Shown here: positions 49,101 to 57,911 of the stretch, piece by piece
How positions within the stretch are numbered: position 1 is the stretch's first letter
How the letters are laid out: every line of letters starts with the position of its first letter
Source of the DNA: Terracidiphilus sp.
Lineage (GTDB): Bacteria > Acidobacteriota > Terriglobia > Terriglobales > Acidobacteriaceae
Assembly: GCA_035546015.1 (NCBI GenBank)
Contig: DASZXD010000042.1
Location: 26,310-90,309 of the forward strand
Direction: 5' to 3'
DNA length: 64,000 nt
The notes under the pieces: generated by a model
Database searches by the model: none
The model's input: only the letters and a program-made list of their open reading frames with translations
What the model was told of the DNA's origin: nothing
Position numbers and translations under genes: made by a program

Positions 49101-49593
49101 CCACCTCCTCTGTGAGCTGTGCTGCGTTTCTGCCGTTGAGCGGCAGATCGTTAACCTGCGAGGTGCCGATCACCTGTTGTAAAGTTCCGGTGGTAGTGTC
49201 CACCTGTGCGGCTTCGGCGCTCACAGTGACGGTCTCAGAGGTGCTGCCCGCCTTCAGGGTGATATTGACGGCAAGAGCATTGTCGGCTCGCACCTGCAGC
49301 GCACTCACTTTGTAGGTCTGGAATCCGGCATGGCTAACCGAGATGTCATAGACGGAAGGGGCTAGCGCGGGAAAGACATAGGTGCCTGCACCAGATGTGG
49401 AGGTCCTGAGTTGCAAGCCGGTTCCTGCTTGAGTCGCAGTGAGTTCAGCGTCTGGAATCACAGCGCCGGTAGCGTCTGAGACAGTGCCGGTGATGCTTCC
49501 GTATCCCTGTGCCCTGGCTTGAGCACTGAGTATTGCAAGAACCATGCAGATCAGTGTGCTTATGCCAATTATTTTCTTCAGATGAGTTTTCAT
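46186..49593 (-). CDS. TonB-dependent receptor with a carboxypeptidase-regulatory-like N-domain (SusD-less)
   Basis: The signal peptide MKTHLKKIIGISTLICMVLAILSAQARAQ starts at ATG 49593, which has a perfect AGGAGG ribosome-binding site. The longest ORF reaches 49623. GSITGTVSDATGAVIPDAELTATQ marks the N-domain, DLPLNGRNAAQL the plug, and the C-terminus is LSLKLIF. Confidence 0.9.
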   Translation of the reverse strand: MKTHLKKIIGISTLICMVLAILSAQARAQGYGSITGTVSDATGAVIPDAELTATQAGTGLQLRTSTSGAGTYVFPALAPSVYDISVSHAGFQTYKVSALQVRADNALAVNITLKAGSTSETVTVSAEAAQVDTTTGTLQQVIGTSQVNDLPLNGRNAAQLTEEVAGITLAPPAQADQGNTKTFPMAITISANGTFVGQTNYMLDGGNNVDEYTNVNMPFPMPDALQEFSIETNNYNAEYGQNAGGVVNIITKSGTNKYHGDLFEYVRNGNLNAANYFTYSSSLGHKVVDPLKRNQFGGTIGGPLEIPHLFQSNKSFFFFGYQKTIDHGAANFSSTILPTLAQAGETLAGGTPGSTNLVFSGEKSCISDPLMPSAILSCVQNGSTYTTTVSPSALSQVSVNLLKYLPSLTTGGGVTIQKPNFYGQAEITARVDQELTPKDKLTVRYFSDAYILQGVLDPRNLLTYADGASNHYYNSLISETHTFSDHIVNNFIISYQLDNDGRGPISNSIDVADLGVNIWQPAFKQINQIAVTNYFTIGDNPQAFFRRANYTLTDDMHLLLGRHSIDFGYHGEVSKVDVNNLFQQPGQFTFNANNTGDAAASFLFGYVQTFAQASGQFFNPRGKFQGAYVQDSWKMNRRLTLNYGVRYEPFMPWHELQGRMGGFFPSLWAAGTHSTKYPLAPAGLLFAGDQGFNSNGVKSAYNHFMPRLGFAWDVFGTGKTSLRGGAGMFFDSRINSTLFNIYSNGSPFVTAVSFNNTAAGTKITFADPYGSYGIANPFPAPQPPLSTTPIPVQNWLTYDPFKGFQDPITYDWNMAVEQQLSPSLLLRVAYVASHSSHQWQNLELNPFANGTRIYNQPGCSANNSCFANPITAANTGGNTNFNSMQISAEHRMRYGVTMLFNYTWSKALNNMPWNQAATSIGANNSFVYPITSPNFKRLDYGPADFDHRNIVALSYVYSIPKFLNDAPGVIRYIVNNWDTSGLFQYRSGDPLTVFSGQSNNSGTGQNRDRAVQVGTARGGNACNGATNCRSYLNPASFTNNTVGTFGTVVKGSFVGPHYVDWDGSLARKFPITERATLRFAADYFNLLNHTNLGDPGTTVGSSIFGQIKSTSPQNWAGTAPQNDPRIAQLSLKLIF

Positions 49594-49838
49594 GGCTCGC
49601 CTCCTAAAACGGTCATTCCACACTCTCTCCTGTAATCAAGCGGTAACTCATCGACGGCCCCGGCCATTTGGCAGAGGTCTCCAATGATCAGACCAACAGC
49701 GTTGTAGCGGAATAGGGAGAGAACAGCGTAGACACAGACCGTCTCTGACTGTCAGAACTTTAGATATCTTTAATCTTTCAAGTGACTTACACGATCTGAG
49801 AGGACGGGTCAGGCTTTAGGTAGCTGAGGACTGCGTGG

Positions 49839-51134
49839 CTACTCCGCGGAGACGGTCAGCACCCTTGGGGGGCCAGGAACCCCATCGGTTACGGTGGTCC
49901 CAATGACGATCTGGAGATTCTGGTCAGTCTTGCGCAGATTCACCATGCGGGCGACCTGCAGCATGTAGCTCGGGTCGCTGAGGAATTCGCTGGCGGCGAG
50001 GGTCCCGTATGTGTAAAGACCGCCGATGACGACTACCACGTGGCCAGTGCCGGGGTCGCGAAGCCGGGAGATAAGCGCGAAGTCCTGAACGCGGGGCGAG
50101 TTGGCTCCGGTAGCCAGTTCACGCGACTGATTGGTAGCCCAGTTCCAATTGCGAGAGGATGGATTCCCGGCATCCTTTATATAAATCAGGTGCCGCTCCG
50201 GATCCAGGTCGAGGCTGTAACGCAGCTGACGCGTAAGGCGCAGGCTCCACTCATTGTTGAATGCACCAATCAGCACGACAGCGCCCTCACGCAGATCAGA
50301 GAACGTGCTGGACGTACCTCTGCGGATAAGAACCTGCTTGTTGCGCGATTCCAGTGCACCGACAACTCGGGCTATGGTGACCGTGTCTGCGAAGGGAACG
50401 GTCTGAGACGAGTCGGAGCCGGGAATCGGAGTGGGAGAACTTCCATTATCAGTCGATTCGGGAAGCGTAGGCGGACCGTTCGGGTGGTCACCGACCGCGA
50501 GCAGCACGGGGCCCGGGGTGTCGAGGACCGGCTTCCAGAAGAGATCCTGCGGGCTTGGGCGATTGAGCCATCCGTAGATGAAACAGGCCACGGCAATGGC
50601 GGCGACTCCGGCAATCCACGGCCAGCGCACCGTGCTGCGGATTGCAGGGGCAACACTATCGCCTGATAAGGCGACAGGGCCAATGTGCATGTGTGCGCTA
50701 TGCGTGACTGCAGTGTGGGTGAGCATCTCAGCATCGGTATCGCGATCCACGGCGACGTGGCCCGGTACACTCGGAAGAGCAAACCGTGGAATATAAGAGC
50801 CTGGAACGAGTGCAATACGCAGCTCTGCACGGTGCTTTTCGTCGGCGTAGTAGGTGATGAGGCGCTTGCGCAGTTCGGTAGCGGCGGTGCGTACGATGTG
50901 GTCGAGATTTGTATCGTAGGAGGGGTCTCGCCCAAAGACCTCAGCCCCGATGGTACGCTCCTTGATCTGGTCGGTCAGGCCGTTGAGGGTCTGCTCTACG
51001 ATAAAGCGGAGAAAGGCAATGGACCGCTTGCTGAAGCGAAAGCTGTCGTCGCGCACAAGCAAGTCGAGTTGCGCACGCACCATCTCAGCGCTCAGCTCCG
51101 GCGTGGTGCCGTATTCGACTCCGATGTCGATCAT
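49839..51134 (-). CDS. Hypothetical single-pass membrane protein (cytoplasmic helical N-domain, TM, ~240-aa extracytoplasmic domain)
   Basis: A 431-aa ORF with good coding character. The TM segment is WPWIAGVAAIAVACFIYGWL. The N-terminal block SKRSIAFLRFIVEQTLNGLTDQIKERTIGAEVFGRDPSYDTNLDHIVRTAATELRKRLITYY recalls juxtamembrane regions of membrane-anchored regulators. I recognised no DNA-binding or catalytic motif. Confidence 0.6.
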   Translation of the reverse strand: MIDIGVEYGTTPELSAEMVRAQLDLLVRDDSFRFSKRSIAFLRFIVEQTLNGLTDQIKERTIGAEVFGRDPSYDTNLDHIVRTAATELRKRLITYYADEKHRAELRIALVPGSYIPRFALPSVPGHVAVDRDTDAEMLTHTAVTHSAHMHIGPVALSGDSVAPAIRSTVRWPWIAGVAAIAVACFIYGWLNRPSPQDLFWKPVLDTPGPVLLAVGDHPNGPPTLPESTDNGSSPTPIPGSDSSQTVPFADTVTIARVVGALESRNKQVLIRRGTSSTFSDLREGAVVLIGAFNNEWSLRLTRQLRYSLDLDPERHLIYIKDAGNPSSRNWNWATNQSRELATGANSPRVQDFALISRLRDPGTGHVVVVIGGLYTYGTLAASEFLSDPSYMLQVARMVNLRKTDQNLQIVIGTTVTDGVPGPPRVLTVSAE

Positions 51135-51229
51135 GTTTCGCCTAGTGACAGCGATTCTAGCACGGTGATTCTTGCTCTGGAGAGCAGCATCGCGCGGTGA
51201 AATTGCAGGCTTTGATCTTCTACATACGG

Positions 51230-53545
51230 CTATTGCTCGGATTCGCGAGGTGAACCATCTTCAGCGCTCATAGAAGGTGGAGCATCCTCTGGAGCGCTAC
51301 CCCAGGCGGTGTTCGGGCGACTGCCCATCTCCAAAATCAGGGTGCCACCACCGACGATTTCAGCGTGACGAAACCACGGCCGATTGAGAGGCTTGCCGTT
51401 AAGCTCTGCCGACTGAATATATTTGTTTTGCGCTGAGACGTGGTTGGCGACGATAGTGAATTGCCCGCCGCTGCCAAGTTTGACGATGGTCTTGGCAAAG
51501 ATGGGGCTGCCAATTTCGTAGACTGGACTGCCAGGACAGACCGGATAAAATCCGATGGCGCTCAACACATACCACGAGGATGTCGCGCCACCATCGTCGT
51601 CCCCAGGGATGCCGAGCGGACCATCGGTGTACCACACATCCATGAGCTGCCGTACTCGCCGTTGGGTCTTCCATGGCTGACCTGAGAAGTCATAGAGATA
51701 AGGGATGTGGAAGCTCGGCTCGTTGCCCTGGGCATAGAGGCCAACCAGACCGGTTGCGTCGGGAAACTGGCCGAGGAAGCTATATTTCGACGTTCCGTAC
51801 TGCTCGACGAAGAGGCGATCGAGCTTTGCGTTGAAGGCCTCACGGCCGCCCATTAGATGTATGAGCCCTGCAACGTCATGTTGCACGTTGAAGGTGTAGA
51901 TCCAGGAGTCGACCTCAGTGAAGTAATCGCGGCCTCCCTGGCCACCGCCGAGCTTTGGATCGAAATGGGCGACCCAGTTACCATCCGCGCTCTTGGGAGC
52001 CATGAAATTGATCGCTGGATTAAACACATTCTGGTAGTTATGCGCTAGTTTGGTGAAGTACACTTCATCGTCGTGCTTGCCCAGGGCTCGCGCAAGCTGT
52101 GCAACGCACCAATCATCGTAACTATTTTCGAGCGTTACCGAAACGGCCTGCCTGCGCTCGCCTGTTACCTCAGGCACAGTCTCCTTTTCACCCCAGACCA
52201 GCGCAGGAAAAAAGCCTTTGTCAAAATAGACACGATCGAGACTCGTGAGCGGACCTCGGCGCCACGGCAGCATAGTTGCCTCGGTTGCATTCTTGCGCAT
52301 AGCCTCATAGGCCTTCTCTGCGTCGAAGTTGCGATAGCCCTTTTCGTATAAATCAAGAATGAACTCAGCGGCGTGATGTCCAATCATGACAGCCTGTTCA
52401 CCGGCAGCCGATGGAAATGACGGCATCCAGCCGCTCTGCTCGTACATGCGGACGTACGACTCCGCCATGTCTTCCTGCCGATGCGGATCGAGCAGAAGCT
52501 GCAGGGGGTGAAGCGAGCGGTAGGTATCCCAGAGTCCGTCGTCGACGTAGAAGTCGTGGCCTTCGGCATTGTGCACCGCGTGATCGTATCCGCTCAAGTA
52601 ATGGCCATCTTCTGTTATATCGGTCATGCGACCGAGCGAGCGGTAGAGCGCAGTGTAGAAGATGGTGCGCTGACGCTCAGTTCCGCCGATGGTGTGAATT
52701 GCATCGAGAGCATGACTCCAGACGGTACGGGCCTGCGATTTGATCTGCGTGAAGTTCCATGCGGGGATCTCGCGCTCAAGATTGCGCCGGGCCTGATCTG
52801 TGCTGATGTAAGAGATGCCGACTTTTACTTCGATAGCATCGTTTGCGGCGGTTGGGAAGTCGGAGACAAATCCGATCTGGTCACCGGTTTGGGCTGCCGG
52901 ACGGCCTAATACGACTCCATGCCACGTATGATAAGAGCGCATGGGCGCAGAAAACTCGGCGTAGAAGTACTGTCTGGTTGGTTTTGCGGTGCTTCCGGTT
53001 GCCGTGATTGGTCCGCTGATTCGCTGGCTGCCCGCAATCGCATTGTCTCCCAGCACGACCAACTCAGCATCGTCGCCAAGGCTCAGAGACAGATGCGCAT
53101 GTGCGTTGGCCGGGAATAGAAAACGGTAATACGCGGAGTGTTGTGTGGCAGTGAGCTCGGCCTTGATGTTCCAGGTCTCGAGGCCCACTGCGTAGTAATA
53201 CGGGGTGGCAGTCTCAAAATCGTGATCGAAACCGGAGGCGTAGTCTGATGCATGGGTGCTCGGATCGCCCGTTGAGGCCATCAGGATTGCGGGGCCGGCA
53301 GGAAAGCCGTAGATTTTGTCCGCAAGATAGCGATCTGTAATGCCCGGTGTGGTGATGGGATAGAGCCGAGTCATTCCGTATGGGTATTGCACATATGGAA
53401 TGGTTGCTGTGAGCAGTTGCCCGATGCCGCCGATGTTCGGTGCGACATAATCGACGGCTTCTTTGGAGATTTGCGCCTGAGATGCAGGGGCACAGACTGC
53501 AAAAACTGCAGATGCAAGGAAGAGAGCTGCAGATTTTGTCTTCAT
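51230..53545 (-). CDS. Secreted GH92 alpha-mannosidase
   Basis: The signal peptide is MKTKSAALFLASAVFAVCAPASQAQ. GNEPSFHIPYLYDFSGQPWKTQ and GIPGDDDGGATSSWYVLSAIGFYPVCPGSPVYEIGSPIF are classic GH92 blocks. Confidence 0.9.
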   Translation of the reverse strand: MKTKSAALFLASAVFAVCAPASQAQISKEAVDYVAPNIGGIGQLLTATIPYVQYPYGMTRLYPITTPGITDRYLADKIYGFPAGPAILMASTGDPSTHASDYASGFDHDFETATPYYYAVGLETWNIKAELTATQHSAYYRFLFPANAHAHLSLSLGDDAELVVLGDNAIAGSQRISGPITATGSTAKPTRQYFYAEFSAPMRSYHTWHGVVLGRPAAQTGDQIGFVSDFPTAANDAIEVKVGISYISTDQARRNLEREIPAWNFTQIKSQARTVWSHALDAIHTIGGTERQRTIFYTALYRSLGRMTDITEDGHYLSGYDHAVHNAEGHDFYVDDGLWDTYRSLHPLQLLLDPHRQEDMAESYVRMYEQSGWMPSFPSAAGEQAVMIGHHAAEFILDLYEKGYRNFDAEKAYEAMRKNATEATMLPWRRGPLTSLDRVYFDKGFFPALVWGEKETVPEVTGERRQAVSVTLENSYDDWCVAQLARALGKHDDEVYFTKLAHNYQNVFNPAINFMAPKSADGNWVAHFDPKLGGGQGGRDYFTEVDSWIYTFNVQHDVAGLIHLMGGREAFNAKLDRLFVEQYGTSKYSFLGQFPDATGLVGLYAQGNEPSFHIPYLYDFSGQPWKTQRRVRQLMDVWYTDGPLGIPGDDDGGATSSWYVLSAIGFYPVCPGSPVYEIGSPIFAKTIVKLGSGGQFTIVANHVSAQNKYIQSAELNGKPLNRPWFRHAEIVGGGTLILEMGSRPNTAWGSAPEDAPPSMSAEDGSPRESEQ

Positions 53546-53673
53546 CGCGTCCTTCTGATTCTGCTTTCGTGTAGATGATGTGTCGGATTCCTAGACGGGC
53601 GAATTAAAAATAATGGACGAGGCGGCGCGGTGGCAACGCTGGCGGCACAGCTCAATCCGTGCAGATGCTAGAC

Positions 53674-53691
53674 TTGGCATGCTGCTGCCAA
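53674..53691. promoter_or_regulatory. Perfect dyad TTGGCA-N6-TGCCAA upstream of GH92
   Basis: TTGGCAtgctgcTGCCAA lies about 130 nt upstream of the GH92 start (53545, minus strand). It is a candidate dimeric-regulator operator. Confidence 0.25.
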
Positions 53692-54320
53692 AGTCAGGCG
53701 GCGGGCGGTGGTTAATCGGGGACCAGCCTCGCCAACGCTCATAGAGACTGGCAGGTCTACTCATAGTTGCTTCCGTGGCGAGTACTCAGCTCGGCGAACA
53801 CTCATAGACGGCGTAGACCATGGTTGAGCTTCTGTAAACAACATGATTACGGGGTGTCCAACTGCCTCTGGCGACTGTCCACTCCGTATAAGACCATCGC
53901 GACCAGTCATGACAACAACATCAAAAGCTGAAAATGCTGCCGCGAAACCGGAGAGGAAACATCGTTTAATCGAGAACCCATTCAAAAGCAAAATGCTTTT
54001 TTTCAATTAGATGGATCGAGCTACCGTATGCTCACGGTAAATTCACTTGTCAATAGAATTCGTGGCGGAATTTGATAGCCAAGGCTCGCGACAAAAAGAT
54101 ACTGTGCCGCGCTGTTTGAAGCGGTTCCGAAGTTGCCCACAGCAACACACGTGATTTTTCTGTTCAAGGACCGGCGCGAATGGACGCGCCTGGATATTTT
54201 CCGCCTTGATTTGTAGATGGCGGGGTGGTTGGCAATGCTTTCTTCGTCATCGTGAATTCCTGGCGGATTGCACGACTTGTCTCCCAGAGCAATGGACTAG
54301 ACTCACGCGATTGTTTACAT

Positions 54321-54334
54321 GGTGCGATCGCACC
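54321..54334. promoter_or_regulatory. Perfect 14-bp palindrome GGTGCGATCGCACC in the TBDR leader
   Basis: It lies 27 nt upstream of the ATG at 54362 and 16 nt upstream of the GGAGG ribosome-binding site. It could act as an operator or as a GGUGC-GAUC-GCACC leader hairpin. Confidence 0.3.
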
Positions 54335-54361
54335 CTCAACGGAATTTTATGGAGGCTTTAG

Positions 54362-57300
54362 ATGCCGTTGTTCGTTTCCAAGGACCATCCACCTTTTGCA
54401 GCACCCTCGCTATCCGCCCGTCTGCGGGCCGGATTGATGCTGCTGCTGGCGTTGCTGCTCTCAGCAGCCGGTTCTCTCATGGCTCAGACGGTTTCCGGCA
54501 CGGTCACAGGTACAGCTACCGACCCGAGCGGCGCTGTCATCCCCGGGGTGTCTGTAAAGGTCATCAATAACAATACCAGCGAGGTGCGCACCACGGTTTC
54601 AAACTCGGCAGGCCTGTTTTCGATTCCAGCTCTGCCACCGGGTCCTTATACGGTAGAGGCCACGGCCAAAGGATTTCAGGAAGTAACCTCGAATATCACT
54701 TTGTCGGTGGGCCAGGTACTCAACGTCAATCTGCATCTACCGGTGGGCGCTACCAGTCAGAAGGTTGAAGTGGTCGCGAACGAGTCACTTGGGCTGCAGA
54801 CTCAGAGCCATGAGCTTACTACGGTAATGGATGCGAAGACCGTGGAAAACCTGCCGGAGACGTCAAGCTACCGGAATGCCGCGCTCTATGCACAAACCAC
54901 CCAGGTCGGCGTTCAGCCTGGTTCGCAGCTGGGAGATAACAATATCGGCTCGAACGTGAGCCAGTACAACATGCAGAGCAATCAGCTGTTCATCGCCGGG
55001 CAGGGTTTCTGGTCGACGAGCTATCTGCTGGATGGTGTCGTGGATATGAGCTACTTTGACCAGACAGCCACGGTACAGACTCCCTCAGAAGCCACCGAGC
55101 AGGTCGAGATTATCCGCAGCAGCGCAAACGCCCGCTACGATGGCGCCAATGCAGTGAATGCGCTTACCAAGAGCGGCACCGAGACTTTCCACGGCAGGGC
55201 TTATGAGTACCTTGAAAACGATGCATTCAACGCACGCGGCTACAACGCTGGCCCTCTGAGCGAGTTGCGCTACAACATGTTCGGTGCCAATGCCGGCTGG
55301 GTTGTTCCCTTTACCCATAAAAAAGTATTCTTCTTTGTCGACTATCAGGGTTTTCGGCAGGTTCAAGCGGCATTCAAGCAGGCCTACGTACCCACGGCAG
55401 CGGAGCGTAATGGAGACTTTAGTGCCGACCTGGTAGCAAACTCCGGAACCAAACAACCGGCAACCGTTATCTACGATCCCACCACATTCAATCCGGTTGC
55501 TACGCCCAACGGAGGCGCCAACGCTTTGCAGCCCTTTTCCTATGGCGGACAGGAAAATGTAATCAATCCAGCACTGATCAGCCCACTGGCCAAGGCGTAT
55601 CTAAACATGGTTTATCCACTGCCAAACGGACTGAACACCAGCGCTGGCAACAATTACGGTAGCCAGCACAGCAAAACTCTGTTCAACCACGACGATTATC
55701 TGTACCGTGGCGACTACAACATCAGCAGTAACGACCACCTTTGGGGCGCCTACGACACCAACAACCCGCAGATCGTCAGACCGGAGGATTGGGATAACGG
55801 CCCGAATGATCCAGCGCTCATTGACACCAGCGAACACAACCAGCTCTTCGGCACGGATATCTACATTGAAGAGAGCCACGTCTTCAGTCCGGCGATTGTA
55901 AACACGGCCCGGATTGGCTATGCGCGTTCGGTGATGGGCCAGCAGTTCGAGATGATCAACAACGGGACTAACTACTTTTCGAAATTTGGATTGACGGGAC
56001 TCAATCCGCCTCCCTCGGTGTGGGGTCTGCCGCAGATCGGTCCAAGCGGCTATTCCAGCGTCAGCGGCTCGCCGCTAGGCGCAACGCAGAATATGTATGA
56101 GTATAGCGATGAGGTGAACTGGGTACGCGGCAAGCACTCGTTCTTTGCGGGCGCTGAGATTGACGACATCGACTACAACGCCTTCTGGTACACCGGCAGC
56201 CCGAACGGCGCACTGACCGCAAACGGCGAGTACACATATAACGGATCGAACGCTGCGGCCTGGCAACGACCCGGACAGTGGCTGTTGGGTAGCGTAGGCA
56301 AAATGCCGGCTGCCAACCAGCTGGCTGACTACTTGCTCGGAGACTACAGCTCAACCAATGCAACGGCAGGTAGCGAGGTGGGATATTTCCATCAGCATAA
56401 CTTTATGCCGTACTTCCAGGACGACTGGCGTGTGACACATAAGCTCACTGTCAACCTCGGCATGCGCTATGACTACTACTCGCCGCCTATGGAGCAGTAC
56501 GGGCACGCGGGTTACCTCAACCCTGCGACCGGCAAATTTACCGAGGCTCCCTATCTACCCAAGAAGTACAACTTCAGTCCGCGCCTCGGTTTTGCCTATG
56601 CACTCAATGACAAAACCGCAATTCATGCCGGGGGCGGCATCTACTACTATCAGTTCAGCTATTTTGACCTGCAGGGAATGATGGCCGATCCGCTCTTCAA
56701 CACCGGTCTCAATTCGACGCAGTCGCAGACCAACCCGGTCATCTGGCCCGCCTCCAACGCTGCGAATAACCCCGATACGGGTGCCACGCCGGGACAGCAG
56801 GAGTTCTTCACACTGGCCGATGCTGAGGCAATTTGGGCGCAGATGCCGGCGCCAAACGGGGTATTTGTGCCTGGCAGTCTAACCTTTGCTCAAAAGATGC
56901 CGACCAGCTACTCAGAGCAGTGGAACCTGGCGGTGCAGAGAACCTTCGGTCAGGATTGGCTGCTGACTGTGGACTACGTCGGAAGCTCAAACCATCACAT
57001 CTTCAACTACAGCAACATCAACCAGGCCTCACTGCCTGGGCCAAACGATCCGAATCCCGGCAGCACTGCCGATATCAACTCGCGCAGGCCTTATCCGGCT
57101 GTTCCAGGCAACATCATGCAGCAGCATATGTGGGGAGCGTCGCACTATAACGGCCTTGAGGTGCAATTGCAGAAACGCTTCACCAACGGCCTTTCGCTCA
57201 ACACCAACTACGTGTGGGGCAAGTCGATGGACTTTCAGGACAACGACCACAAGGCAACAGGCGAGATGGGCAACAATCCGCAGATCGACTATGGCCGTTC

Positions 57301-57841
57301 CGACTTCATGCAGAAGTACGTCTATAAGGCGTCGGGGATTTATGAACTTCCCTTCGGCAAAGGCCGCAGGTTCCTGAACAGCGGCAAATGGTGGCAGAAC
57401 CAGCTTGGCGGATGGCGGATGAGCGGAATGCTCACGGTTGAAGGCGGCTTTCCGTTCAATGTAAACGCGTCTGACAACTCCAATACAGGCGGCGGTATTC
57501 AGATGCGCGCACAGGAATCGTGCAACGGAGACAAGGGGCCGCATACTGTTGCGAAATGGTTTAACACCTCCTGCTACACCAACCCGGCAGTCAGCACTTT
57601 TGGCAACGAGCGCCGCAACAACTTGACCGGACCGCGGAACACAAACCTGGACTTGTCCGCCTTCAAGGAATTTCCAATCTGGGAGAACCTGACATTCCAG
57701 TTCCGCACGGACGCCTTCAGTGCGCTGAATCATCCGTTACCCGACCAGCCACAAAATACCTGCTGCACCGGCACATTCGGAGAGATCACAGGATGGGGAG
57801 GGGCACGCAGCCTTCAACTCAGCACAAAGCTTCTCTGGTAA
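54362..57841 (+). CDS. TonB-dependent receptor with a carboxypeptidase-regulatory-like N-domain (SusD-less)
   Basis: The signal region LLLALLLSAAGSLMAQ is followed by TVSGTVTGTATDPSGAVIPGVSVKVINNNT. A long beta-barrel region follows, and the C-terminus is LQLSTKLLW. Confidence 0.9.
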   Translation: MPLFVSKDHPPFAAPSLSARLRAGLMLLLALLLSAAGSLMAQTVSGTVTGTATDPSGAVIPGVSVKVINNNTSEVRTTVSNSAGLFSIPALPPGPYTVEATAKGFQEVTSNITLSVGQVLNVNLHLPVGATSQKVEVVANESLGLQTQSHELTTVMDAKTVENLPETSSYRNAALYAQTTQVGVQPGSQLGDNNIGSNVSQYNMQSNQLFIAGQGFWSTSYLLDGVVDMSYFDQTATVQTPSEATEQVEIIRSSANARYDGANAVNALTKSGTETFHGRAYEYLENDAFNARGYNAGPLSELRYNMFGANAGWVVPFTHKKVFFFVDYQGFRQVQAAFKQAYVPTAAERNGDFSADLVANSGTKQPATVIYDPTTFNPVATPNGGANALQPFSYGGQENVINPALISPLAKAYLNMVYPLPNGLNTSAGNNYGSQHSKTLFNHDDYLYRGDYNISSNDHLWGAYDTNNPQIVRPEDWDNGPNDPALIDTSEHNQLFGTDIYIEESHVFSPAIVNTARIGYARSVMGQQFEMINNGTNYFSKFGLTGLNPPPSVWGLPQIGPSGYSSVSGSPLGATQNMYEYSDEVNWVRGKHSFFAGAEIDDIDYNAFWYTGSPNGALTANGEYTYNGSNAAAWQRPGQWLLGSVGKMPAANQLADYLLGDYSSTNATAGSEVGYFHQHNFMPYFQDDWRVTHKLTVNLGMRYDYYSPPMEQYGHAGYLNPATGKFTEAPYLPKKYNFSPRLGFAYALNDKTAIHAGGGIYYYQFSYFDLQGMMADPLFNTGLNSTQSQTNPVIWPASNAANNPDTGATPGQQEFFTLADAEAIWAQMPAPNGVFVPGSLTFAQKMPTSYSEQWNLAVQRTFGQDWLLTVDYVGSSNHHIFNYSNINQASLPGPNDPNPGSTADINSRRPYPAVPGNIMQQHMWGASHYNGLEVQLQKRFTNGLSLNTNYVWGKSMDFQDNDHKATGEMGNNPQIDYGRSDFMQKYVYKASGIYELPFGKGRRFLNSGKWWQNQLGGWRMSGMLTVEGGFPFNVNASDNSNTGGGIQMRAQESCNGDKGPHTVAKWFNTSCYTNPAVSTFGNERRNNLTGPRNTNLDLSAFKEFPIWENLTFQFRTDAFSALNHPLPDQPQNTCCTGTFGEITGWGGARSLQLSTKLLW

Positions 57842-57864
57842 AACTCTAGACCGCAGTTTGCGTT

Positions 57865-57910
57865 GCCGGCAGCTGGCAAATCGTCCGCTGCCGGCATCTT
57901 TGCTTTGCGC
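57865..57910. terminator. Hairpin terminator between the convergent TBDR and a hypothetical gene
   Basis: GCCGGCAGC (57865-57873) pairs perfectly with GCTGCCGGC (57887-57895) around a 13-nt loop. The sequence that follows is ATCTTTGCTTTG. Confidence 0.55.
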
Positions 57911-57911
57911 G

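Noticed and set aside
53674-53689. Possible sigma54 promoter (TGGCAT-N5-TGC)
   Set aside because: The GG-to-GC spacing is one nucleotide short of the strict -24/-12 geometry. The element is better explained as a symmetric TTGGCA-N6-TGCCAA dyad. No enhancer-binding protein gene is nearby.
53761-54006. 81-aa minus-strand ORF in the long GH92/TBDR intergenic region
   Set aside because: It has a TTG start, no Shine-Dalgarno and no recognisable motif. It is kept only as a remote possibility.
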